A DNA stretch of 64,000 bases. Origin: a virus. The stretch is taken from positions 1 to 64,000 of IMG/VR virus record IMGVR_UViG_3300037419_001472, one strand, 5' to 3'. The position numbers and the translations under genes are program-made. Below the pieces are notes generated by a model. That model did no database searches, was not told where the DNA came from, and worked only from the letters and a program-made list of their open reading frames with translations. Shown one piece after another: positions 53,192 to 61,501 of the stretch (positions are counted from its first letter, which is position 1; the number at the start of each line of letters is the position of its first letter).

Positions 53192-53272
53192 ATGAAGTGG
53201 TTTACGCTCTACACCGAGATCATCAATGACCTCAAGGTCATGAAATCGCTCGCCAAGCAGGAGGGACGTTGA
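53192..53272 (+). pseudogene. 26-codon stub duplicating the N-terminus of a replisome-organizer gene
   Basis: MKWFTLYTEIINDLKV compared with ALPWFRLYHEARNDAKL of the next gene. AT-richer, and it stops at the next gene's start. Confidence 0.4.
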
Positions 53273-54351
53273 TGGCTCTCCCCTGGTTCCGGCTCTATCA
53301 CGAGGCTCGCAATGACGCCAAGCTGCGTCATCTGACCGACGCGCAGTTCCGTGTCTGGTTCAACCTGCTGTGCCTGGCTTCCGAGCAGCCTGATCGCGGC
53401 ACCATCGCATCGATGAATGTCAAACTGATGGCCCTCGAGGTCGCCGGCGGGGACGTTGATCTTCTCAAGGAAACGCTGGAAACACTGGAAACGTTTCATT
53501 GCGTTTCATTGCGTTTCATCAGCGTTTCCGAGGCCTCGATTTGCTTCATCAATTTCCAGAAGAGACAGTTTCAGGGCGTTTCAGGAAACGGTAAGACCTC
53601 GACGGATCGAGTTCGCAAACATCGTGAAGCCAAGAGGTTGCGTCAACATGAAACAGGTGAAACAAGTGAAACGCCAGTGAAACGCGATGAAACGCTAGTG
53701 AAACGCGATGAAACGCCCCCAGATACAGAGTCAGAGGCAGAAACAGAGTCTCTCGCTCCGCGGGCGCGCGAGACGACGGCCCCCACGGGGGGGATGATCT
53801 GCGTCGATGAGCCGGAGGACTTCGGCGACTCCGGGCTCGGGCTGCCTCCCTTCCCGGCCGATGGCGGGTATGCCCTGGATGGACCTGAGTACCCGTTCAA
53901 GCCGCCGGTCGAGCAGGTCCGGGCGATCTACGACGAGCTCTGGCGGGCCTTCGGCCACCGCCGGCTCTGTGCGGATTACCTCCGCAATCGCGGCCGCTAT
54001 GACTCGCGGGCCTGGCGCTGGGCGATCCAGCGGTGCCAGACGAAGGGGCTGCGGCCTCGCTCGCTCGGCTATCTCGGCAAGATCGCCTCAGACTGGCAAC
54101 CGGGCGATGAACCCGCGCTACCCCGGCCGGCGCCGGCCCCGGTGAAGGTCCATGAGCCGATCCCCCAGCGCGAGCCGCTGACCCCCAGTCAGAAGGCCCG
54201 GTATGCCCCCCTGCCGGGGCATCGGCTAGTCGATCCTGACGCCGGGATCCCGATCGCGGAACGCATGGCCAAACTCGCGCCGAACCATCCCCTCCGGAAA
54301 GCGTGGGAAGCCGGCCATGGACCTGTGGCCGTGGCCAGGGAGGCGCAATGA
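53272..54351 (+). CDS. phage replisome organizer / replication initiator (N-terminal Phage_rep_org_N-like)
   Basis: WFRLYHEARNDAKLRHLTDAQFRVWFNLLCLASE. SD GGAGGGA lies 5 nt upstream. Contains the iteron array. ATGA-coupled to DnaB. Confidence 0.7.
   Translation: MALPWFRLYHEARNDAKLRHLTDAQFRVWFNLLCLASEQPDRGTIASMNVKLMALEVAGGDVDLLKETLETLETFHCVSLRFISVSEASICFINFQKRQFQGVSGNGKTSTDRVRKHREAKRLRQHETGETSETPVKRDETLVKRDETPPDTESEAETESLAPRARETTAPTGGMICVDEPEDFGDSGLGLPPFPADGGYALDGPEYPFKPPVEQVRAIYDELWRAFGHRRLCADYLRNRGRYDSRAWRWAIQRCQTKGLRPRSLGYLGKIASDWQPGDEPALPRPAPAPVKVHEPIPQREPLTPSQKARYAPLPGHRLVDPDAGIPIAERMAKLAPNHPLRKAWEAGHGPVAVAREAQ
53469..53714. repeat. iteron array (origin-like): 17 copies of the GAAAC/GTTTC hexamer core
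   Basis: 3x GGAAAC (9-bp spacing), then inverted 3x GTTTCA plus GTTTCC (10-11 bp). Next come GTTTCA x2 and GGAAAC (53568-53589), then 7x TGAAAC at 9-11 bp spacing (53649-53714). Confidence 0.85.
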
Positions 54352-55757
54352 GCCGCACCCCAGCCCGGAACGGCCAGGGGGGACGGATCCCCGATGCCCC
54401 AGATGTCCAGGAATCCCTCCGGCTCTGGCCGCACTCGGTCGAGGCTGAGAATGGGGTCCTCGGCTCGGTCCTGCTCGATCCCGAGGTCCTGAATGACGTC
54501 GCGGGCCTGCTCAAGCCCGAGGATTTTTTCGGGGCCGCGCGGGGCGAGTGCTGGCAGGTGATCCTGGACCTGTACCAGACCGCCAGGGCGATCGACCCGA
54601 TCACGGTCGGGGACGAGTTGAAGCGGGCGGGCAAGTTCGACGACATCGGGGGTGACTTCGGGCTGTCCCAGATCCTCGGCGCGGTCCCCCATTCCGCCAA
54701 CGCGAAGCACTACGCCGAGGTCGTCCGGGAAAAGTCGGTCGCCCGCCAACTGGCCCATGCGACCCGATCGATCCAGGGCGACATCGCCAGCCAGACCCAC
54801 ACCGCCGATGACCTCCTGGAACGGGCAGAAACGGCCGTCTTCGCGATCGCCGAGAGCCGGACCCAGGAGAGCACGCATCAGGCCAAGGTCGCCGTCTCCG
54901 GCGCCCTGGCCCGGCTGGAGCGGCGCCGCCGCGGCCCATCGGGGATCTCCTGCGGCCTGGATGCCCTGGACCGGATGACTGACGGGTTTCAGCCCGGCCA
55001 ACTCGTGATCCTGGCCGCGCGGCCCAGCATGGGCAAGACCCAGCTCGGCCTGAACGTTTTCGAGTACTGCACGCTGGTCCGGCGCGAGCCGGCCCTATTC
55101 GTGAGCCTTGAGATGAGCAGCAATGAGATCGGCGAGCGGCTGGCGGTTTGCCGGTCAGGCGTCCCGAATTACAAGTTCAAGGATTTTGATTCAATCACGA
55201 CGGACGAGTGGGGCCGGCTGCTCAAGGCGGATACGGACTGGGCCAACGCCCCCGCCATGATTGACGACTCCCCCGCGCTGTCGACGCTCCAGATCACGGC
55301 CCTGACGCGGCGATGGAAGGCTCGTGCCGGGCTCAAGCTGCTGATCGTGGACTATCTGCAACTCGTGACCCCCAGCGAGGGAGAGTCCCGCCAGGAAGAG
55401 GTGGCCTCGATCAGCCGTGGCCTGAAGCGGATCGCCCGTGAGCTGGGCATCGCGGTCGTCTGCCTCAGCCAGCTCAACCGATCCAACGAGCAGCGACAGG
55501 ACAAGAAACCGCGGATGTCCGACCTCCGCGAGTCCGGGGCCATCGAGCAGGATGCCGACGTGGTGCTCCTGATGCACCGGCCTGATTACTACGACCCCAG
55601 CGACAAGCCGGGTTACTGCGAGCTGATCGTGGCGAAGAACCGCAACGGCGCGGTCGGCTCCGTCGACCTGAGGTTCTTCAAGGACCAGGGGCGGTTCGAG
55701 CCCTGGGTTTCCGACGTGGACCCGTCCCGGCCCGAGATCGACCCCTCCCAATTCTGA
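54348..55757 (+). CDS. dnaB: replicative DNA helicase DnaB
   Basis: PHSVEAENGVLGSVLLDP N-domain, Walker A ARPSMGKT, Walker B LLIVDYLQL, and SQLNRS...RESGAIEQDADVV. Confidence 0.9.
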   Translation: MSRTPARNGQGGRIPDAPDVQESLRLWPHSVEAENGVLGSVLLDPEVLNDVAGLLKPEDFFGAARGECWQVILDLYQTARAIDPITVGDELKRAGKFDDIGGDFGLSQILGAVPHSANAKHYAEVVREKSVARQLAHATRSIQGDIASQTHTADDLLERAETAVFAIAESRTQESTHQAKVAVSGALARLERRRRGPSGISCGLDALDRMTDGFQPGQLVILAARPSMGKTQLGLNVFEYCTLVRREPALFVSLEMSSNEIGERLAVCRSGVPNYKFKDFDSITTDEWGRLLKADTDWANAPAMIDDSPALSTLQITALTRRWKARAGLKLLIVDYLQLVTPSEGESRQEEVASISRGLKRIARELGIAVVCLSQLNRSNEQRQDKKPRMSDLRESGAIEQDADVVLLMHRPDYYDPSDKPGYCELIVAKNRNGAVGSVDLRFFKDQGRFEPWVSDVDPSRPEIDPSQF

Positions 55758-55762
55758 GAAAA

Positions 55763-55805
55763 ATCCCGATCCGGGATTGAATTCTGGATTGGGATCAGAT
55801 AAGAA
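55763..55805 (+). promoter_or_regulatory. palindrome ATCCCGATCCGGGAT fused to promoter TTGAAT-17-TAAGAA
   Basis: Immediately after the dnaB stop. The 18-nt ATCCCGATCCGGGATTGA is identical to the minus-strand copy at 7771-7788. Confidence 0.5.
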
Positions 55806-55858
55806 TTCATGCACGCGGATGCCAGGACCGCGACCCATCCGGAGTGAGGCGAGCGACC

Positions 55859-56221
55859 ATGCCCGCGCTGCTGAGCCAGCCCCCGATGCCGCGAGCCAAG
55901 AGCGACCCCGCGGCGTTGTTCGACCCCGAGTGCTGGATCTATGACCCGGTGGCTCGCGTGGGGATCCCCCGGGAGACGATCCGGCCCTGCTCGTGCGGCT
56001 CGACCGGATTCGTGCTGATCCTGAGGGGTGACGGGACGACGACCTTCCCGGTCCATTGCGCGGCGTGCTATGTCGAGCCGCGATTCCGGATGGCTCGCCC
56101 TGATGACCTGGATTACGCGACGCTCGACGTCGGCACCGGCCGCGTGACGTACACGCGGGATGCCGCCGAGATCAACCGACACCGCCGCATGGCGGAAGCG
56201 AGGGCGAAGAGTGGGCGCTAA
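55859..56221 (+). CDS. Cys-containing hypothetical protein (120 aa)
   Basis: Start preceded by GTGAGGCGAGCGACC. CSC...CAAC motifs. Confidence 0.5.
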   Translation: MPALLSQPPMPRAKSDPAALFDPECWIYDPVARVGIPRETIRPCSCGSTGFVLILRGDGTTTFPVHCAACYVEPRFRMARPDDLDYATLDVGTGRVTYTRDAAEINRHRRMAEARAKSGR

Positions 56222-57251
56222 CTCGAAGATCGAATGGACCGACCACACGTTCAACCCCTGGCGGGGCTGTACGAAGGTCAGCCCCGGCTGTGCCAACTGC
56301 TACGCCGACACGCAGAGCAAACGCAACCCGAAGCTGCTCGGCGTCTGGGGCCCGAACGGGACGCGCGTCGTCGCGGCCGACGCGAAGTGGCGCGAGCCGC
56401 TCGCCTGGGACAAGGCCGCGGCCGAGGCGGGCCGGCGGCATCGCGTGTTCTGTGCCAGCCTGGCTGATGTGTTCGAGGATTGGCGGGGGCCGCTCCACGA
56501 CGTGAAGGGCGAACGCCTCTTCAGTTACGTGGACGTGAACGCTTCGGCCATCGACGGCTCGGTGGGCGCGACCCTGGATACTGCCAGGGCGAAGCTCTTC
56601 CAGTTGATCCGGCGGACGCCCTCGCTGGACTGGCTGGTGCTGACGAAGCGGCCGGAGAACGTCCTGCATCATCTCCGGGCCGCCGCCCATTGGGTCGACG
56701 GCGAGGGCGAAGATTGCCGCTGGCTCGACGCCTGGCACCACGGCGACGCCCCCGCGAACGTCCGGCTCGGGACCTCGGTCGAGGACCGCAAGCACGGCCT
56801 GCCCCGCGTGGACGTGCTCCGCAAGATCCCCGCCCAGATCCGGTTCCTCTCGGTCGAGCCGCTGCTGGAAGACCTCGGCGAGATCGACCTGACGGGGATC
56901 CACTGGGTCATCGTCGGGGGCGAGAGCGGCCCGGGCGCGCGGCCCATGCACCCCGATTGGGTCCGCTCGATCCGCGACCAGTGCCTGGCGCAAGGGGTCG
57001 CCTTTTTCTTCAAGCAATGGGGCTGCTGGCGGCCCGACGGCCAGGGGCATCCGTTCCTGAAGGATGCCATCAATTCCCGCGACGCACACCCGGCCGCGGC
57101 GGTCCTGCCCGACGGCCGCGTGCTCCCCGACATCAGCGAGATCGGGGCCAACGGCGACGGGGCCGCCGTCGTGCGCCGCATGGACAAGAAGGACGCCGGC
57201 CGGATGCTGGACGGCATGCTCTGGAGCGAGTTCCCCCAGCCCGTGAGTTGA
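56211..57251 (+). CDS. phage Gp37/Gp68 family protein (DUF5131)
   Basis: SKIEWTDHTFNPWRGCTKVSPGCANCYA is the hallmark N-terminus. GTG start. Confidence 0.85.
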   Translation: MGANSKIEWTDHTFNPWRGCTKVSPGCANCYADTQSKRNPKLLGVWGPNGTRVVAADAKWREPLAWDKAAAEAGRRHRVFCASLADVFEDWRGPLHDVKGERLFSYVDVNASAIDGSVGATLDTARAKLFQLIRRTPSLDWLVLTKRPENVLHHLRAAAHWVDGEGEDCRWLDAWHHGDAPANVRLGTSVEDRKHGLPRVDVLRKIPAQIRFLSVEPLLEDLGEIDLTGIHWVIVGGESGPGARPMHPDWVRSIRDQCLAQGVAFFFKQWGCWRPDGQGHPFLKDAINSRDAHPAAAVLPDGRVLPDISEIGANGDGAAVVRRMDKKDAGRMLDGMLWSEFPQPVS

Positions 57252-57354
57252 TCCGATGAGCAAGTGGCGATTGATCCGCATCGTGGCCGAGGTCGCCGGC
57301 GCCGCGGTGGCGCTGGCGATGCACGGCTGAGCAACCCACCGAGGGAGTCGCATC

Positions 57355-57696
57355 GTGCTTGAGAAGCTGGAGTTAGCCACCCTGAGCAAACTGGACCATG
57401 GCAAGGTTGCCGAGGCATTCCGGATGCACTTGAAGCGGGCTGCCGAGGACTGCACCGACCGGCCCGGCGATGGCAAGACCCGGATGGTCGTCCTCGAGAT
57501 CGGGCTGGTCCCTGTCCTGGATGAGTCGGGCGACTGCTACGAGGTCCAGGCTCAGTGTCAGGTCAAGAGCAAGGTTCCCGCGCACAAGACCAAGGTCCTG
57601 AGCCTCGGCGCCCGGATGAACGGCCTGCTCGTCTTCAACCCCGAGTCGCCCGATGCGGTCGATCAGGGGACGCTCGACCTGCCCGACAACGACTGA
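57355..57696 (+). CDS. hypothetical protein (113 aa)
   Basis: Clean ORF with a GTG start. Confidence 0.45.
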   Translation: MLEKLELATLSKLDHGKVAEAFRMHLKRAAEDCTDRPGDGKTRMVVLEIGLVPVLDESGDCYEVQAQCQVKSKVPAHKTKVLSLGARMNGLLVFNPESPDAVDQGTLDLPDND

Positions 57697-57782
57697 TCCC
57701 GCGCCGGCTCCGCGCCGGCTCCATGCCAGTTTCCCCGGTTTCCCCTGGCCTGATCCATTCCTGATGATTTTGGAGCCTGTTC

Positions 57783-58571
57783 ATGATTTCCGAAGCCCTG
57801 GCTTTCATTGCCGGCCTCGCCACCAAGGCCGAGCATCCCGTCAAGCTGGAGTCCTCCCCCAGGACGTTGCGGTATGCGATCGGCGGCACGATCAGCGAGC
57901 ATGACAAGGCGCCCGAGCCGCGCCGCCATGTCGTCGACACGCTCGAGCAGATCATCAGCCTGGCCAATCGCTTCAGGGATGAGGCTGCGGCTGAGGGCGA
58001 TGATACGGACCTGTCCCCGGTCGTCTGGTATGACGCTGAGCAGGTCGTGCTGGTCATCGACGACGCTGGCCATCGGCTCGAGACGGCCAGATTGACCCTG
58101 GCGACCTCGGATGTCTTCTACCGTCTGAATTCCCTGGATGAGGATCGTCAGACGTTCAACCACAAGCAGTTCATGCGGCTGCTGCGGGTGGACCTGGCCG
58201 GGACGCTCGCTCCCAGTGTGCTGCTCGAGAAGCTCAAGAACCTGCGGATCGAGAATGGCCAGGTGGCCTCGAGCCGCATCGGCCGGGCCGACGAGTCGAT
58301 GGGCCGAACCATCAACGCCAAGGTCGCATCTGAGGCCGGCGAGATCCCCGAGGTCGTCACCCTGGGCGTGCCCGTCTACTCCACCCCTGGCGAGACGGAG
58401 CGGCTGGGCATCTCCTGCGCCGTTGAGATCGACCCCGGAATGGGGACCTTCGAGCTGATCCCCCTCCCCGACGAGATCGAACGCGTGCGTCAGATCGCCG
58501 TCGAGTCGATCGGCGAGCGGCTCAAGGCGGGGCTGCATGACGGGATCCCCTGCTACCAGGGCAAGCCCTGA
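57783..58571 (+). CDS. hypothetical protein (262 aa; possibly DUF2303/YfdQ-like)
   Basis: Called on size and context. The family assignment is tentative. Confidence 0.4.
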   Translation: MISEALAFIAGLATKAEHPVKLESSPRTLRYAIGGTISEHDKAPEPRRHVVDTLEQIISLANRFRDEAAAEGDDTDLSPVVWYDAEQVVLVIDDAGHRLETARLTLATSDVFYRLNSLDEDRQTFNHKQFMRLLRVDLAGTLAPSVLLEKLKNLRIENGQVASSRIGRADESMGRTINAKVASEAGEIPEVVTLGVPVYSTPGETERLGISCAVEIDPGMGTFELIPLPDEIERVRQIAVESIGERLKAGLHDGIPCYQGKP

Positions 58572-58648
58572 TCGCGGCCTGAAGACCGGACGCGGCGCGG
58601 GAGTCACGATCCCGTGCCGCGTATCTCTTTTGCCAGAGGACCTGAGCC

Positions 58649-59128
58649 GTGCGCGGGATCACTCTGCATCAACCCTATGCCTCGCTGATCGCCCTGGGCG
58701 TGAAGACCTACGAGACGAGGTCCTGGGCGACGAAGTACCGCGGCCCGCTGCTGATCCATGCGGGCAAGAAATGGGACTCGGAGGTCATCGCCAACTGCCG
58801 CCGGGCCGCTGCCGCCCTGAGGGCATCGGGGCATGACCTCGACTTCCGGGTGATGCTGGGCAAGGTCGTTTGCCTGGCCCGACTGGACGGCTGCGTGCTC
58901 TCGCGTGGGCCGTCCCACTTCCCCGCAATGGATCAGGTCTTCGGCGACCTGACGACCGGCCGGTATGGCTGGCGGCTGATCGACGTCCACCGGCTCATCC
59001 CGGCCATCCCCTACTCGGGCAGCCAGGGACTCTGGATCCCCTCACCCGCGCTGGTGGCAAGGCTGCATGGGCCGGTCGCCGCGCTCAACCACCCCAAGCT
59101 GTTCCCCGCCAAGGAGTCTGTTCGATGA
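58649..59128 (+). CDS. ASCH (PUA-like) domain protein
   Basis: GITLHQPYASLIALGVKTYETRSW...GLW fits the ASCH pattern. Confidence 0.7.
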   Translation: MRGITLHQPYASLIALGVKTYETRSWATKYRGPLLIHAGKKWDSEVIANCRRAAAALRASGHDLDFRVMLGKVVCLARLDGCVLSRGPSHFPAMDQVFGDLTTGRYGWRLIDVHRLIPAIPYSGSQGLWIPSPALVARLHGPVAALNHPKLFPAKESVR

Positions 59129-59547
59129 CGACCGTCATCAACGTCCGGGGCCGAAAGCGGGCGGAACTCGAGGCTGACCCGGATTTCATCTACGTCGGCC
59201 GCCGCGTCCCCCGCGCCGGCTGGCCTGATTCCCCATGGGGGAACCCATTCAAGGTCGGCATGGACTCGATCGAGGCCGTGAGGCTCTTCGACCATTGGGG
59301 GCAATCCGGGATTGTGGACCGGCAGGTCATCTGCGTAATCGATGAGGCGACCCTCGACGCCGAGGCGGCGGTCGAGTTCTGTCGCCAGTGGGTTGTCTCC
59401 TGCCCAGCGCTCCGGGCCCGGCTCCCCGAGCTGCGGGGCAAGATCCTCGGTTGCTGGTGCTGTGACTGGGATGGGACGGGCGAGCCCTCCAGGCCGTGCC
59501 ATGCCGTGATCCTCGCCCGACTCGCTGATGAGGGTTTGATTCGATGA
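59125..59547 (+). CDS. DUF4326 domain protein
   Basis: FIYVGRR...SPWGNPF...LRGKILGCWCC...CHAVILA. ATGA overlap with the ASCH gene. Confidence 0.75.
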   Translation: MTTVINVRGRKRAELEADPDFIYVGRRVPRAGWPDSPWGNPFKVGMDSIEAVRLFDHWGQSGIVDRQVICVIDEATLDAEAAVEFCRQWVVSCPALRARLPELRGKILGCWCCDWDGTGEPSRPCHAVILARLADEGLIR

Positions 59548-59789
59548 TGAGCGACTATCTGCAACCCTATGACCGCAACCGGATGCTCGTGATCCTGCAC
59601 ATGACAATCGCCGCGGCCGGCGGCGCAGGGTTCCTGGGGACGATCACCGGCGGCTTCGCGATCGGCTTCGTCTGCGCCTGCTACGGCTCGTTGCTTGGCC
59701 TCAGCACCGGCGCGCTCGTGACGGCCTTCGTCAAGGCAGCCGAGGCCGGGAATACCCGGAAGCCGGCCGAGTCCGGGAGTGCCCGATGA
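59544..59789 (+). CDS. small Gly-rich membrane protein
   Basis: Two hydrophobic segments. Overlapping start and stop with neighbours. Confidence 0.45.
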   Translation: MMSDYLQPYDRNRMLVILHMTIAAAGGAGFLGTITGGFAIGFVCACYGSLLGLSTGALVTAFVKAAEAGNTRKPAESGSAR

Positions 59790-60481
59790 CCGCCGTGATC
59801 CATGACCACTGCGAGCAGGCCAAGGCCCGCCGCGACCTGTTCATCCGCCGCGTCCCGCCGATCCTACTCGCCGCGTGTAGCTTGCCCCGGCTCGACCCGG
59901 TGTATGCCTTGCCCTGGGTTGAGGGGCATTACGCCCTGGCCACGGACGGGGCGATCGTGGTGGCCGCCCACAAGTCATCCATGCCTGCCGACGCCTTCCA
60001 CGCCCTGCCCGGTTGGAGTGCCGAGAAGCCCCGCGGGCTGAGGGAATGGATGGAGCAGTTCGGCCCCTTCGGCAAGCGGCCGCTCGAGTTGCCCGGCTTC
60101 GACGAGATGCCCGACCGCGAGCGGCCAGCCTGTGATGAGTGCAAGGCGACCGGCTTGGTGACGGCCGGGGGCGAGGCTTCCAGGCGGCTCATCCCCCGAG
60201 GGACGACCCTCGCCCTCTGCCGCGCGTGTTGCGGCGCCGGCTGCCAACCGCTGACTGGCATTCCGGTCTGGTTCAACGAGTGTCGCGTGCTCGGCTTCCG
60301 GGTCGGGCTCGACGCCTGGTACGTGACGATGCTGCGGCGGCACGTCGCCGTTGTCTATCCGCCGCTCGGCGTGCAGCGGGACCGGGTCGACCCGTTCCAC
60401 TTCCGCGTGGGCGACCAGATCCTCGGGCTGGTGCAGCCCGTGGCCGAGCCAATCGGAGGCCGACCGTGGGAATCCGCCTGA
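59786..60481 (+). CDS. Cys-containing hypothetical protein (231 aa)
   Basis: CDECKATG...CRACCGAGC motifs. Confidence 0.5.
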   Translation: MTAVIHDHCEQAKARRDLFIRRVPPILLAACSLPRLDPVYALPWVEGHYALATDGAIVVAAHKSSMPADAFHALPGWSAEKPRGLREWMEQFGPFGKRPLELPGFDEMPDRERPACDECKATGLVTAGGEASRRLIPRGTTLALCRACCGAGCQPLTGIPVWFNECRVLGFRVGLDAWYVTMLRRHVAVVYPPLGVQRDRVDPFHFRVGDQILGLVQPVAEPIGGRPWESA

Positions 60482-61113
60482 AGGATCAGACGGCACTCGA
60501 TGCCCTGCTCGGGCATCGCCCGTCAGCCAAGCCGGGGCGAGGGAAGCCGGCGCAGTTTTTGACCAAGAAGGCCCCCGCGCCGGTGCGGCTGCTCGAGCCC
60601 GGAACGGTCATCGCGGCCTTCGAGGTCACTGGCCAGCCGGTCCCCTGGCGTGCCCCGCTCCGCGGCCGGGGCAAGCACGTCCGCACCGAGCCGCACGTCA
60701 AGGCGTGGAAGGAGACGGTCGCCCGCGCGGCCGAGGCCGCCGGCCTGGGCGAGTCGGCGGGCATCCCCCCCTACGAGGGGCCGGTCGAGGTCGAGCTGTA
60801 CGCCTGCCGCTCGGCCAAGGCCCGCAAGCCCGGCGAGCGCTGGGTCAGCAAGCCGGACGGCGACAACCTGTTCAAGCTGATCGCCGACGCGATCAGCGGC
60901 AATGTGTTCAAGGCCCCCGGCAAGGACCCGGTCACGGGCAAGCGGATCATTGCGGCCCACATGCCCCCCAGCCCGGTCGGCCGCATCATTGCCGATGACA
61001 AGCTGATCGCCGACCCGATCGTCCACAAGCGTTACTGGACCCGACCCCTGGCCTACATCATCGTCCGCGCTGCCGGCCGGATCGATGCCGGCCCGTACCC
61101 CTTCGCCCCCTGA
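60466..61113 (+). CDS. rusA: RusA-family Holliday junction resolvase (N-terminally extended)
   Basis: ...KPDGDNLFKLIADAISG...IIADDKLI matches the RusA catalytic Asp motifs. GTG start lies 6 nt after GGAGG and is uncertain. Confidence 0.7.
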   Translation: MGIRLKDQTALDALLGHRPSAKPGRGKPAQFLTKKAPAPVRLLEPGTVIAAFEVTGQPVPWRAPLRGRGKHVRTEPHVKAWKETVARAAEAAGLGESAGIPPYEGPVEVELYACRSAKARKPGERWVSKPDGDNLFKLIADAISGNVFKAPGKDPVTGKRIIAAHMPPSPVGRIIADDKLIADPIVHKRYWTRPLAYIIVRAAGRIDAGPYPFAP

Positions 61114-61120
61114 GGTCCTG

Positions 61121-61453
61121 ATGGCCATGACGACGATTCGGCCGAGCACGCTCAAGCACAAGGTTCGCGGGCTGTCAGAGACCTTCACGGTCGAGCATGC
61201 CAGCGCGGAGCTTCGCATCCGGGTCATCAGGGAGCGGGTCGCCGCGCTCGAGCCGGTCCAGGTTTTCATCCAGGCATCCGGCGAATTCCTGGCCGACCGC
61301 CAGGACATCTGGCACCGGATCATCCATCACGGCTCCGTGCTGTTGTTCCGCGCCCGGTATGCCCCCCAGCGGTTTAGCCCCGGCAGCTTCGAGGTCGTGT
61401 TCGTGGCCGAGCGATCCTGGCGGATCCGCTGGGGCCAGCCCAGCCACGACTGA
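61121..61453 (+). CDS. hypothetical protein (110 aa)
   Basis: Clean ORF. Confidence 0.45.
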   Translation: MAMTTIRPSTLKHKVRGLSETFTVEHASAELRIRVIRERVAALEPVQVFIQASGEFLADRQDIWHRIIHHGSVLLFRARYAPQRFSPGSFEVVFVAERSWRIRWGQPSHD

Positions 61454-61501
61454 GCTGCCTTCAATGCCCCCTCATCCTCCGTTTCCCAGGAGACTGAAAC
61501 C

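Noticed and set aside
53469-53714. Possible CRISPR array because of many short repeats
   Set aside because: The repeat core is only 6 nt with 3-5 nt between copies. It is in both orientations, inside a coding region, and has no spacers or cas genes. An iteron/origin interpretation fits better.
56172-57476. 434-aa minus-strand ORF, plus similar ones at 57663-58607, 52230-53189, 40753-41718, 45362-46270 and 19357-20229
   Set aside because: All are antisense or alternate-frame to genes with recognisable motifs or coherent operon structure. Their Arg/Pro/Gly-rich composition is typical of high-GC artefacts.
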